A stretch of 32,000 nucleotides of DNA from Ruminococcus albus 7 = DSM 20455 (GTDB taxonomy: Bacteria > Bacillota > Clostridia > Oscillospirales > Ruminococcaceae). Under the pieces are notes generated by a model. The model had not been told where the DNA came from and did not search any database. It was given only the letters and a program-made list of their open reading frames with translations. This document shows positions 7,662 to 15,406 of the stretch, piece by piece. Both the position numbers and the translations under genes were made by a program. Location of the stretch: positions 1,740,001 to 1,772,000 of the forward strand of contig NC_014833.1 in NCBI RefSeq assembly GCF_000179635.2. The letters are read 5' to 3'. Within the stretch, counting starts at the first letter, position 1; every line of letters starts with the position of its first letter.

Positions 7662-9194
7662 ATGATAGAATTAAAAGAATACAGAGGTCATATCCGCAAC
7701 TGGCGTCAGCTTTGCGAAGAACTCGGCATTGACAGCAGTCTGCCCCGAGCAGAAAGAGAAAAGGCTATCATAGTCAAGGCTTGCGAAAAGTGGGGCACTG
7801 CTGTGGCAGACCATCTTTATGGTATGTTCGCGTTTGCTGTTGAGAATGACGGCGAGATATTCTGCGTGCGTGACCATTTCGGCACAAAGCCTTTTTATTA
7901 CTACGAGACCGCAGACGGCAGACTCCTTTACGGCACAACTATCCGCCGCATAATAGAGCAGGAAGGCTTTGTAAAGGAGCTTAATGAGAAAATGCTCCAG
8001 ATATATATGACACTCACCTATGTTGCAGGCGAGGACACTTTCTTCAAAGGCGTAAAGAAGCTCATGCCCGGACATTATCTTGTACATAAAAACGGACAGA
8101 CAAAGATAACCCGCTACTGGCACCCCGAGTTCCATCCCGATGAGAGCAAGTCTCTTGAAGACTGGGCAGATGAGATACACACAACGATCAAGAATATCTT
8201 CCCCGAGGTAAAGGAAGATAACGAAACTGCCGAGAGCTTCCTTTCGGGCGGCGTAGATTCTTCCTACGTGCTGGCTATGTCCGATGCTCAGGTGACAGAT
8301 TCCTGCGGCTACGATGATGAGCGTTTCGATGAGAGCGGACTTGCAAAGCAGACAGCAGATATCCTCGGCAGAAAGAACAACCGCTGCAAGATCACTCCCG
8401 AGCAATATTTCGATATCGTTCCCTACGTTATGTACAATATGGAGCAGCCCCTGGGTGACGCTTCTGCGATAGTATTCGCAATTGCCTGCAAGGCAACTGC
8501 CGAGCATACAAAGCTCTGCTATTCGGGCGAGGGTGCAGATGAATTCTTCGGCGGATACAATATGTACCGCAACGCCGAAAGATACGGCGATAACCTCAAG
8601 ACCTTCTACGTTGGCAATACCAATATCATGAAGGAGGAGGAAAAGCAGCGCATACTCAAGCACTACGACCCGAATTATCTTCCCATCGACCTTGTGAAGT
8701 ATATCTACGACGAGACCGAGGGTCTTGACCCGCTTTCAAAAATGTCCGATGTTGATATACAGATCTGGCTGGAGGGCGACATCTACCTCAACGTTGACAA
8801 GATGAGCGAAGCCGCAGGTCTGGAGATAAGAATGCCCCTGACCGACAGGAGAGTATTCGATATCGCGTCACGTATGCCCTCACGCTTCAAGGTTAACGAG
8901 GAACAGAACAAGGTTGCATTCCGTACCGCAGCATCAAAGGTACTGCCCGATGAGATAGCATTTCGCAAGAAGCTGGGCTTCATCGTGCCTATCCGTATAT
9001 GGCTGGCTGACGAGCGCTACAATGCCGATGTCAGGGCGAAGTTCAACAGCGATATGGCAGCTAAGTTCTTTGACCTCGATGAGATCAACGCTATATTTGC
9101 AGATTACATCGGCGGAAATTCCGATAACTGGCGTAAGATCTGGACAATCTACACATTCCTTGTATGGTATGAGGAGTATTTCGTAAAAAGATAA
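7662..9194 (+). CDS. Asparagine synthase (AsnB)-family protein lacking the N-terminal Cys nucleophile
   Basis: PP-loop FLSGGVDSSYV (residues 193-203). Residual glutaminase-domain block HLYGMFAFAVENDGEIFCVRDHFGTKPFYYY. The protein begins MIELKEYRGH instead of the canonical MCG start. Confidence 0.85.
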   Translation: MIELKEYRGHIRNWRQLCEELGIDSSLPRAEREKAIIVKACEKWGTAVADHLYGMFAFAVENDGEIFCVRDHFGTKPFYYYETADGRLLYGTTIRRIIEQEGFVKELNEKMLQIYMTLTYVAGEDTFFKGVKKLMPGHYLVHKNGQTKITRYWHPEFHPDESKSLEDWADEIHTTIKNIFPEVKEDNETAESFLSGGVDSSYVLAMSDAQVTDSCGYDDERFDESGLAKQTADILGRKNNRCKITPEQYFDIVPYVMYNMEQPLGDASAIVFAIACKATAEHTKLCYSGEGADEFFGGYNMYRNAERYGDNLKTFYVGNTNIMKEEEKQRILKHYDPNYLPIDLVKYIYDETEGLDPLSKMSDVDIQIWLEGDIYLNVDKMSEAAGLEIRMPLTDRRVFDIASRMPSRFKVNEEQNKVAFRTAASKVLPDEIAFRKKLGFIVPIRIWLADERYNADVRAKFNSDMAAKFFDLDEINAIFADYIGGNSDNWRKIWTIYTFLVWYEEYFVKR

Positions 9195-9207
9195 ATGTAA
9201 ATAGTTT

Positions 9208-9248
9208 GTAAACGGAGTATTATTAAATGCTCCGTTTACTTGTTTTTC
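9208..9248 (+). terminator. Rho-independent terminator
   Basis: GTAAACGGAG (9208-9217) pairs with CTCCGTTTAC (9230-9239), a perfect 10 bp stem, followed by TTGTTTTTCTC. Confidence 0.75.
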
Positions 9249-9307
9249 TCGGAAATAAAGCCGTTTCAGCATTCTGAGATCTCTCAAAAAAAATCTGAAA
9301 AAAGTGC

Positions 9308-9336
9308 TTGACAAATCGGTGCTGATATGCTATAAT
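9308..9336 (+). promoter_or_regulatory. Perfect-consensus sigma-A promoter of the tRNA cluster
   Basis: TTGACA (9308-9313), 17 nt spacer, TATAAT (9331-9336). It lies 11 nt before the first tRNA. Confidence 0.7.
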
Positions 9337-9347
9337 AATTAAGTCGT

Positions 9348-9423
9348 CGGGGTGTGGCGCAGGTGGTAGCGCGCTACCTTGGGGTGGTAGAGGCCGTGGG
9401 TTCAAGTCCCGTCACTCCGACCA
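9348..9423 (+). tRNA. tRNA-Pro: tRNA-Pro (anticodon GGG), CCA encoded
   Basis: Manual cloverleaf. Acceptor CGGGGTG/CACTCCG, D arm GCGC-AGGTGGTA-GCGC, anticodon arm CTACC-TTGGGGT-GGTAG (GGG, G37), T arm GTGGG-TTCAAGT-CCCGT, discriminator A plus CCA. Confidence 0.9.
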
Positions 9424-9434
9424 GACTAAAAAAC

Positions 9435-9462
9435 AGACCGCTCATTTTGGGCGGTCTTGTTA
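9435..9462 (+). terminator. Terminator-like hairpin between tRNA genes
   Basis: AGACCGC (9435-9441) pairs with GCGGTCT (9451-9457), followed by TGTTATAT. Confidence 0.45.
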
Positions 9463-9465
9463 TAT

Positions 9466-9539
9466 CGAGGTGTGGCTCAGTTTGGTAGAGCGCTACGTTC
9501 GGGACGTAGAAGTCGCGTGTTCAAATCACGTCACCTCGA
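9466..9539 (+). tRNA. tRNA-Pro: tRNA-Pro (anticodon CGG), no encoded CCA
   Basis: Acceptor CGAGGTG/CACCTCG. Anticodon arm CTACG-TTCGGGA-CGTAG (CGG, G37). T loop TTCAAAT. Discriminator A is followed by TTC. Confidence 0.9.
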
Positions 9540-9567
9540 TTCAACTACTTTAATATAAACGATTCGT

Positions 9568-9643
9568 CGGGGTGTGGCGCAGGTGGTAGCGCGCTACCTT
9601 GGGGTGGTAGAGGCCGTGGGTTCAAGTCCCGTCACTCCGACCA
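9568..9643 (+). tRNA. tRNA-Pro: tRNA-Pro (anticodon GGG), identical second copy, CCA encoded
   Basis: The 76 nt are identical to 9348-9423. The 4 nt upstream (TCGT) are also shared. Confidence 0.9.
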
Positions 9644-9646
9644 GTT

Positions 9647-9678
9647 AAAGACCGTCCATAGTGGGCGGTCTTTTTGTA
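9647..9678 (+). terminator. Rho-independent terminator after the tRNA cluster
   Basis: AAAGACCG (9647-9654) pairs with CGGTCTTT (9666-9673), followed by a T-rich tail. It is related in sequence to the hairpin at 9435-9457. Confidence 0.6.
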
Positions 9679-9735
9679 TATGGATCAATTCAGTATCACA
9701 AAGGGGTAATTCTTTGATAAACAGGAGAAATAAAG

Positions 9736-10200
9736 ATGATATTAAATAATAACTATTCGTACAGACCCGATGAAGAAAGATTAAGTAAAATTGAAAAAAT
9801 ATGGGGTGTTAGATTACCTGAGGAAATCCGTATATTATTAATGGAGAATAATGGTGGCGTTCCTGATAAAAGAAACTTTCAGTGTGGCACAAGAACACGT
9901 ATGATCGTGAGATTCCTCTGTATAAAAGAAAAGGGTACTGATGAGGATTATTCTTGGTATGATATTAATGTAGTTCTTACACAATTGGAAGAAAGAATAA
10001 TATCTGATCCCGATTTAGTAGGATATGAGATCATTCCAATTGCTGAGCTGTTTGCTGGCGATTATTTATGCCTTGATTATAGAGAATCTGATACTCCTAC
10101 TGTATGTGTATGGCTTCACGAAGAGTCTGAGGAATGGAATCCTGTGACTGAAAAAGTCTCAGATAGTTTTTCAGAATTTATGGATATGCTTTTTGAATAA
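9736..10200 (+). CDS. SMI1/KNR4 (SUKH-1) family protein, immunity-protein-like
   Basis: Family-typical N-terminus LSKIEKIWGVRLPEEIRILLMENNGGVPDKRNF and C-terminal LFAGDYLCLDY...VCVWLHE. RBS AGGAGA. Confidence 0.75.
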   Translation: MILNNNYSYRPDEERLSKIEKIWGVRLPEEIRILLMENNGGVPDKRNFQCGTRTRMIVRFLCIKEKGTDEDYSWYDINVVLTQLEERIISDPDLVGYEIIPIAELFAGDYLCLDYRESDTPTVCVWLHEESEEWNPVTEKVSDSFSEFMDMLFE

Positions 10201-10261
10201 GCATAAAACATGAAAGAAAATTGACTATGAACAAAAATAACCTAATATTTAAATCCCTCAC

Positions 10262-10289
10262 TTGACAAAACCTGTTTTTCTGTTATAAT
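10262..10289 (+). promoter_or_regulatory. Sigma-A promoter (extended -10)
   Basis: TTGACA (10262-10267), 16 nt spacer, TGT-TATAAT (10281-10289). Confidence 0.6.
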
Positions 10290-10332
10290 ATACCCATATA
10301 ACTCAGCAAAAACCTGTCCACAGGAGGTCACT

Positions 10333-10584
10333 ATGAAAATAATCTGCAAAAAATGTCTGCTGGCTGATATCGACCGCGATGCTTATACCGAAAAACTCAT
10401 GGAGTATATCGCCGCCGTTCCCGAGGATAAGCGCGTGGACGAGGAAGAATATCAGCGTCGCTTGTCACTGTGCAAACAGTGCGAACAGCTTTCAAACGGT
10501 ATGTGCGCTGTCTGCGGCTGTTATGTGGAACTCCGTGCGCTGAAACCCGAACAAAGCTGTCCCGGTGAAGGCAAATACTGGTAA
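10333..10584 (+). CDS. Small cysteine-rich protein (three CxxC-type pairs; possibly DUF6171-like)
   Basis: CKKC...CKQCEQ...CAVCGC...CPGEGKYW. RBS AGGAGG. Has its own promoter and terminator. Confidence 0.6.
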   Translation: MKIICKKCLLADIDRDAYTEKLMEYIAAVPEDKRVDEEEYQRRLSLCKQCEQLSNGMCAVCGCYVELRALKPEQSCPGEGKYW

Positions 10585-10599
10585 ATAAATATTTTTTTT

Positions 10600-10632
10600 A
10601 CTGTTCTCTGTTTTTGCGGAGAGCAGTTTTTT
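10600..10632 (+). terminator. Rho-independent terminator
   Basis: ACTGTTCTCT pairs with GGAGAGCAGT (with G-U pairs), followed by TTTTTT (10627-10632). Confidence 0.65.
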
Positions 10633-10697
10633 ATTGACGCGAACATTTCTTTTTAGTACAGAAAAATGTACTGCATTTCATTTTTTATAAAAATCTG

Positions 10698-10726
10698 TTG
10701 TAATCTGAAAATAAATATGTTATAAT
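10698..10726 (+). promoter_or_regulatory. Sigma-A promoter of the five-gene AAA+/VWA/SWIM operon
   Basis: TTGTAA (10698-10703), 17 nt spacer, TGT-TATAAT (10718-10726). The inverted repeat AGTACA-N6-TGTACT at 10655-10672, just upstream, could be an operator. Confidence 0.55.
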
Positions 10727-10769
10727 CAATACATGGATAATTCGTGAACGAATAAGGAGGAGCACCCCT

Positions 10770-11876
10770 ATGGAACAGAACTTCATAAAACCACCCGTGG
10801 AGATCAGATATGCCGACCAGCTGAAAGTACTGCGGGAAAACGATAATGGCAAAAAGCCCGAAAACTGGCTGCTTTCACCGAAGGCAGTCCGCACTTTCAT
10901 ACTCGGCGGTGAGGTGGATTCCCCCGAGGGCAAAGTAAAGATACCCCGAAAGTTCTACGGCAACGACGCACTCGTTGAAAGATGCATTATCACCCTTGCG
11001 GGCAGCCGCGGACTTATGCTTGTGGGCGAACCGGGCACAGCAAAGACCATGCTTTCCGAGCTTCTGTCAGCCGCCTGCTGTGGTGTCAGCACCAACACAG
11101 TTCAGGGTACGGCGGGCACCACCGAGGATATGATAAAATACAGCTGGAACTATGCCCTGCTGCTTGCAAAGGGTCCCTGCCGTGAAGCCCTCGTCCCCTC
11201 GCCCCTGCTTGTTGGAATGGAGAAAGGCATATTCGCCCGCTTTGAGGAGATAACCCGTACTCCTGCCGAGATACAGGACAGCCTTATATCCGTGATGAGT
11301 GACCAGATACTCAATATACCCGAATTGGGTGATGAGGGTCTTGTTCAGGCAAAACGCGGCTTCAATATAATCGGCACCGCCAACACCCGCGATAAGGGCG
11401 TAAACGAGATGTCGGGCGCTCTTAAAAGACGTTTCAACTTTGAGACCGTTGAACCTGTCAGCGATGTAAGTCTTGAAAAGGAGATAATAATCCGTGAAGC
11501 CGAAAACATGGCTAAGGCAGGTCATATCGATTGCCCGATAGATACCGATGTGGCAGAACTTCTGGCAGTAACTTACCACGAACTCCGCGAGGGCAAAACA
11601 GCCGAGGGCACCGTGGTTGAAAAGCCTGCCGCTGTCATGAGTACCGCGGAAGCTGTATCCGTCTATTATCAGACTATCAGCCACGCATGGTATTACGGCG
11701 ACGGCACAGCGGATATGGGCATACTGACAGAGAATCTTCTCGGCGCGGTGTGCAAGGAGAACAAGGACGACCTTGAAAAGCTGAAAGCATATTTCAGAAC
11801 AGCAGTCAAGGAGAAAGCGAAAAAGGTGGGCGGCGTATGGACGGAATATTCAAAGACAGCCTCTTTGCTGAGATAA
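10770..11876 (+). CDS. MoxR-class AAA+ ATPase (AAA_5 type; YehL-like)
   Basis: Walker A GEPGTAKT (residues 86-93, nt 11025-11048). Walker B region IFARFEEITRTPAEIQDSLISVMSD. Sensor-1 IIGTANTRD. ALKRRF arginine motif. RBS AAGGAGG. Size (368 aa) matches E. coli YehL as I recall it. Confidence 0.9.
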   Translation: MEQNFIKPPVEIRYADQLKVLRENDNGKKPENWLLSPKAVRTFILGGEVDSPEGKVKIPRKFYGNDALVERCIITLAGSRGLMLVGEPGTAKTMLSELLSAACCGVSTNTVQGTAGTTEDMIKYSWNYALLLAKGPCREALVPSPLLVGMEKGIFARFEEITRTPAEIQDSLISVMSDQILNIPELGDEGLVQAKRGFNIIGTANTRDKGVNEMSGALKRRFNFETVEPVSDVSLEKEIIIREAENMAKAGHIDCPIDTDVAELLAVTYHELREGKTAEGTVVEKPAAVMSTAEAVSVYYQTISHAWYYGDGTADMGILTENLLGAVCKENKDDLEKLKAYFRTAVKEKAKKVGGVWTEYSKTASLLR

Positions 11877-14254
11877 CTGGTGAAGCAGGTGAACTTCTAA
11901 AATACGATACTTCACGCAGACTTCTGTTCTTTCCCGTAAGGCATCACAGCCCTGTTTGTTCTTATCAGCTTCTTCGTGCGATAGAGGAATTTTCACCCAC
12001 AGCGGTACTGGTGGAAGGTCCCGAAAATGCCAATGACCTAATACCCGTGCTGACCGATGAACGCACCGAACTTCCTGCGGCATTTTACTACTTTTACAAG
12101 GATAAGAAAAAGCTGGTCAGCGAAGATGCCGAGGATTACAAGTGCTACTATCCATTCCTCTATTCCTCACCAGAATTCAACGCACTGGCAGCCGCTGCGG
12201 CAAAGGGTATCACAGCCGCATTCATCGACCTGCCTTACAGCGAGATACTCATACACACCGCAAAGGGCAAGGGTCTGCGCAAAGATACTGAAAAGCACAG
12301 CTATACCGATGACACCCGCCTTATACGGTCACAGTTCTACAAAAGGCTCTGTGAGAAAACAGGCATACGCAATTTTGAAGAATTTTGGGAGAAGAATTTT
12401 GAGATAGAGGGTCTTAAACTCACACCCGCCGAATTCTGCAAAAATATGCACACCTACTGCGTGCTGACACGCTCTCAGGAAAAGGATGCCGAGCTTGAAG
12501 CAGAGGGCACTCTCGCCCGCGAAAGGCATATGGCTCTGCGTATAAAAGAAGCCCTTGACAAGGGCGAAAAAGTTCTTGTGGTAACAGGAGGACTTCACAG
12601 CCTCGGGCTTGCGAAGCTGATGCATAATGGTAATTTCAAGGCTGAAAAGCTACACAAGATGACACCTGATATTCAGGGCTCTTTCCCCACGGCTTATTCC
12701 TACGAAGCTGCAGATGCACTCCACGGCTACGCATCGGGCATGAGATGTCCTGCTTTCTATGACAGCATAATGAAGCGCATCGTAAACGGCGCAGATACGG
12801 CGAATGTCTATAATGATGCCACCCTTGAACTGCTTATAAAGACAGCCAAGGAAAGTTCCAAAAAGGATATCCCCATATCAATAGCCGATATCACTTCCGC
12901 AGAGACCGTTATGTCAGGTCTTGCCGCTCTCAGGAACGTGAGCCAGTGCGGTCTTTCGGAACTTGCCGACGGTATCACCTCGGCGTTCATCAAGGGTGAA
13001 AAGACCATATCATCCGCAATGCCCCTTGATATAATGAAACGCCTTGCAACAGGGGATAGTATCGGCCGTATCGGCGATAAGACCCATGTACCGCCCCTTG
13101 TGGCAGACTTTGAAAAACAGTGTGATATTTTCAAACTGAAATACGCCAGCGTTATTCCGCAGGAGGCTGATGTACCTCTGTTCCTCGGTGAAAGAGGTCT
13201 TGCCCTCAGCCGATTACTGCACAGGCTGACTTATCTTGATACAGGCTTTGCTACCCTAACAAAAGGTCCCGACCTGAAACGCGGCAGGGACAGGAGCCGT
13301 GTGCGCGAGCTATGGAAATACCGCCGCACACCGCAGGTGGACGCTTCTCTCATCGACCATACCACCGACGGTTTCACCATTGAAGAAGCCTGCACCAATC
13401 TTGCGGCACGAGCCCTCAACGAGAACCGCCGCTGTCAGGACGCGGCACAGACCGCAATAGACTGCTTCCTCATGGGTATACCCCTCACCGACCATCAGAA
13501 AGAACTGATCGATGATATAGTTTCCGAAGACGGCGATTTCTTTTCTATCGGTGAGGGTCTGCGCTGTTTCGCCAGACTCTGCGATCTGCAAAAGCTGTAC
13601 GAATTTGAGGACAGTTCTTCTTTTGCCTGCCTTGAAAAATGTATGTCAAGACTTATCCCGGCACTGCCTACAATGGCGAATTCTCCCGAAGATAAAGCAG
13701 GTGACGTGGTGGATATCATGCGCCTGATGTACAGCCTGACTGGCAGTATGCTTGAAAGCTGGCGGGGTACTTTTGAAGAAGCACTCCTTACTCTTGCTGG
13801 ATCAAAGGACAAGACCCCCGAGATATACGGCGCGGCTATGGGTCTGCTTTATTCCCTCGACCCTACCCGCAGATATGCCGCAGAAGAAGCCATGCGCGGA
13901 TTCCTGCAAGGCCCCGAAAAGGTGCGTATGCAGGGGGCAGACTACCTTAAAGGTCTGTTCTGCACCGCAGGTGATATCGTTCTTGCTGATGATTCGTTCC
14001 TATATATGACGGACGACCTGATAACAGGCTTTGATAGGGAAGACTACCTTGAGATACTGCCCTCAATGCGTCTTGCTTTCTCCCATTTCACACCCTCGGA
14101 GATACAGTCGATCGCAAAGGCGGTAGCGTGTATACATGGTGTTAAGGATAACGATATAATGTACGGCGATATCATAGACGAAGGCTTGTCCGAATTCGGA
14201 AGAAAGCTGGACAGTCTGATAATAGCAAAACTGAACGGAGGTGAGGGGCAGTGA
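11837..14254 (+). CDS. Large conserved hypothetical protein, DUF5682-like (YehM-like)
   Basis: 805-aa ORF with a 40-nt overlap of the AAA+ gene. N-terminal block LLFFPVRHHSPVCSYQLLRAIEEFSPTAVLVEGPEN. The assignment rests on position and size within a YehLMPQ-type cluster, not on a search. Confidence 0.65.
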   Translation: MDGIFKDSLFAEITGEAGELLKYDTSRRLLFFPVRHHSPVCSYQLLRAIEEFSPTAVLVEGPENANDLIPVLTDERTELPAAFYYFYKDKKKLVSEDAEDYKCYYPFLYSSPEFNALAAAAAKGITAAFIDLPYSEILIHTAKGKGLRKDTEKHSYTDDTRLIRSQFYKRLCEKTGIRNFEEFWEKNFEIEGLKLTPAEFCKNMHTYCVLTRSQEKDAELEAEGTLARERHMALRIKEALDKGEKVLVVTGGLHSLGLAKLMHNGNFKAEKLHKMTPDIQGSFPTAYSYEAADALHGYASGMRCPAFYDSIMKRIVNGADTANVYNDATLELLIKTAKESSKKDIPISIADITSAETVMSGLAALRNVSQCGLSELADGITSAFIKGEKTISSAMPLDIMKRLATGDSIGRIGDKTHVPPLVADFEKQCDIFKLKYASVIPQEADVPLFLGERGLALSRLLHRLTYLDTGFATLTKGPDLKRGRDRSRVRELWKYRRTPQVDASLIDHTTDGFTIEEACTNLAARALNENRRCQDAAQTAIDCFLMGIPLTDHQKELIDDIVSEDGDFFSIGEGLRCFARLCDLQKLYEFEDSSSFACLEKCMSRLIPALPTMANSPEDKAGDVVDIMRLMYSLTGSMLESWRGTFEEALLTLAGSKDKTPEIYGAAMGLLYSLDPTRRYAAEEAMRGFLQGPEKVRMQGADYLKGLFCTAGDIVLADDSFLYMTDDLITGFDREDYLEILPSMRLAFSHFTPSEIQSIAKAVACIHGVKDNDIMYGDIIDEGLSEFGRKLDSLIIAKLNGGEGQ

Positions 14255-15402
14255 CGGAAGAAGAACGCAAAGAATTATCGGTGAACCGCTGGCGTCTGAT
14301 ACTGGGAAGTCAGTCCGACAGAGATCTGGAATTTTCGGGCAGTGCCTCCGAACTTCATGCACTTGCCGATATGGAAGACCTCCTTGATTACCTCTACAGC
14401 CGTTCTTCGGGTGACGATGTCCGCGACGAGGGCGGAAGATCCGGGGGCAGGGGAGATTCTAATCTCAGCGCCGCCAAGTGGATAACCAAAGTCCGTGAGC
14501 TTTTCCCGAACAAGACAGCAGACGTACTTGAAAAGCACGCCCTTGACGAATTCCACCTGACCGAACTTCTCACCGATAAAGAAGTACTTGAAAAGATGAC
14601 CCCGAATATGGATCTTCTGAAGACCATAATGCAGCTGCGCCACCTGATGAAAGGCGAGGTGCTGGAGACCGCAAAGCGCATAGCCGCCAGGGTGGCAGAT
14701 GAACTCCGCGAAAAGCTGGAAAACAGCGTCAGACAGTCCATACTCGGCAGGATAGACCGCAACAGCTCCAGCCCTGTGCATACGGCGAGAAATCTCGATA
14801 TCAAAAAGACCATACGCCGCAACCTGAAAAACTACGACAGCGAGAGCGGACAGCTGATGCTGAAAGAGATATATTTCTCAAACCGCGTAAAGCGTTACAA
14901 TAATAAGACCGTTATTATCGCAGTTGATGAAAGCGGTTCGATGGTGGGGTCGGTGATATACAGCGCTGTAATGGCGCAGATAATCTCAAAACTGCCATTT
15001 GCCGAAGTCAAGCTTGTGATATTCGATACCAATATAGTCGATCTCACAGGGCAGGCAGAAGAACCTGCCGAAGTCCTTATGAGCGTACAGCTCGGGGGCG
15101 GTACTGATATAGGCAAGGCGATGTGTTACTGTGAACAGCTTATATCCTCACCCTCACAGACAGTTGTGATATGCGTCACAGACCTCTACGAGGGAGGAGC
15201 CGTCAACAGGCTGATGAACGTCAGCAGGAATATCATCACAAGCGGCGCAAAGCTAAGCTACCTCACCGCACTTGATGAAGATGCCAAAGCCGCATTTGAC
15301 AGAAATCTCGGTCAGCAGCTGGCAGATATAGGCGCATTCGTGGGCGCACTTACCCCCGACCAGCTTGGGGATTACATAGGCAGGATATTCAGCGGGGGGT
15401 GA
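14251..15402 (+). CDS. von Willebrand factor A (VWA) domain protein, CoxE/YehP-like
   Basis: Complete MIDAS: VIIAVDESGSM (D226-x-S-x-S230), GGGTDIGKAM, VICVTDLYEGG. N-terminal NRWRLILGS block. GTG start overlaps the upstream stop (GTGA) after GGAGGTGAGGGG. Confidence 0.85.
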   Translation: MTEEERKELSVNRWRLILGSQSDRDLEFSGSASELHALADMEDLLDYLYSRSSGDDVRDEGGRSGGRGDSNLSAAKWITKVRELFPNKTADVLEKHALDEFHLTELLTDKEVLEKMTPNMDLLKTIMQLRHLMKGEVLETAKRIAARVADELREKLENSVRQSILGRIDRNSSSPVHTARNLDIKKTIRRNLKNYDSESGQLMLKEIYFSNRVKRYNNKTVIIAVDESGSMVGSVIYSAVMAQIISKLPFAEVKLVIFDTNIVDLTGQAEEPAEVLMSVQLGGGTDIGKAMCYCEQLISSPSQTVVICVTDLYEGGAVNRLMNVSRNIITSGAKLSYLTALDEDAKAAFDRNLGQQLADIGAFVGALTPDQLGDYIGRIFSGG

Positions 15403-15406
15403 GCAC

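Noticed and set aside
7671-8663. 330-aa minus-strand ORF
   Set aside because: It is fully antisense to the asparagine-synthase-like CDS. This is a typical shadow ORF with no motifs.
7662-9194. Lasso-peptide cyclase (AsnB-like C protein) and hence a RiPP cluster
   Set aside because: No PqqD-like RRE, transglutaminase-like leader peptidase or short precursor ORF lies adjacent. The flanks are a terminator and promoter on one side and tRNAs on the other. The transglutaminase-like gene at 27.6-30.2 kb is 18 kb away and is a secreted 848-aa protein.
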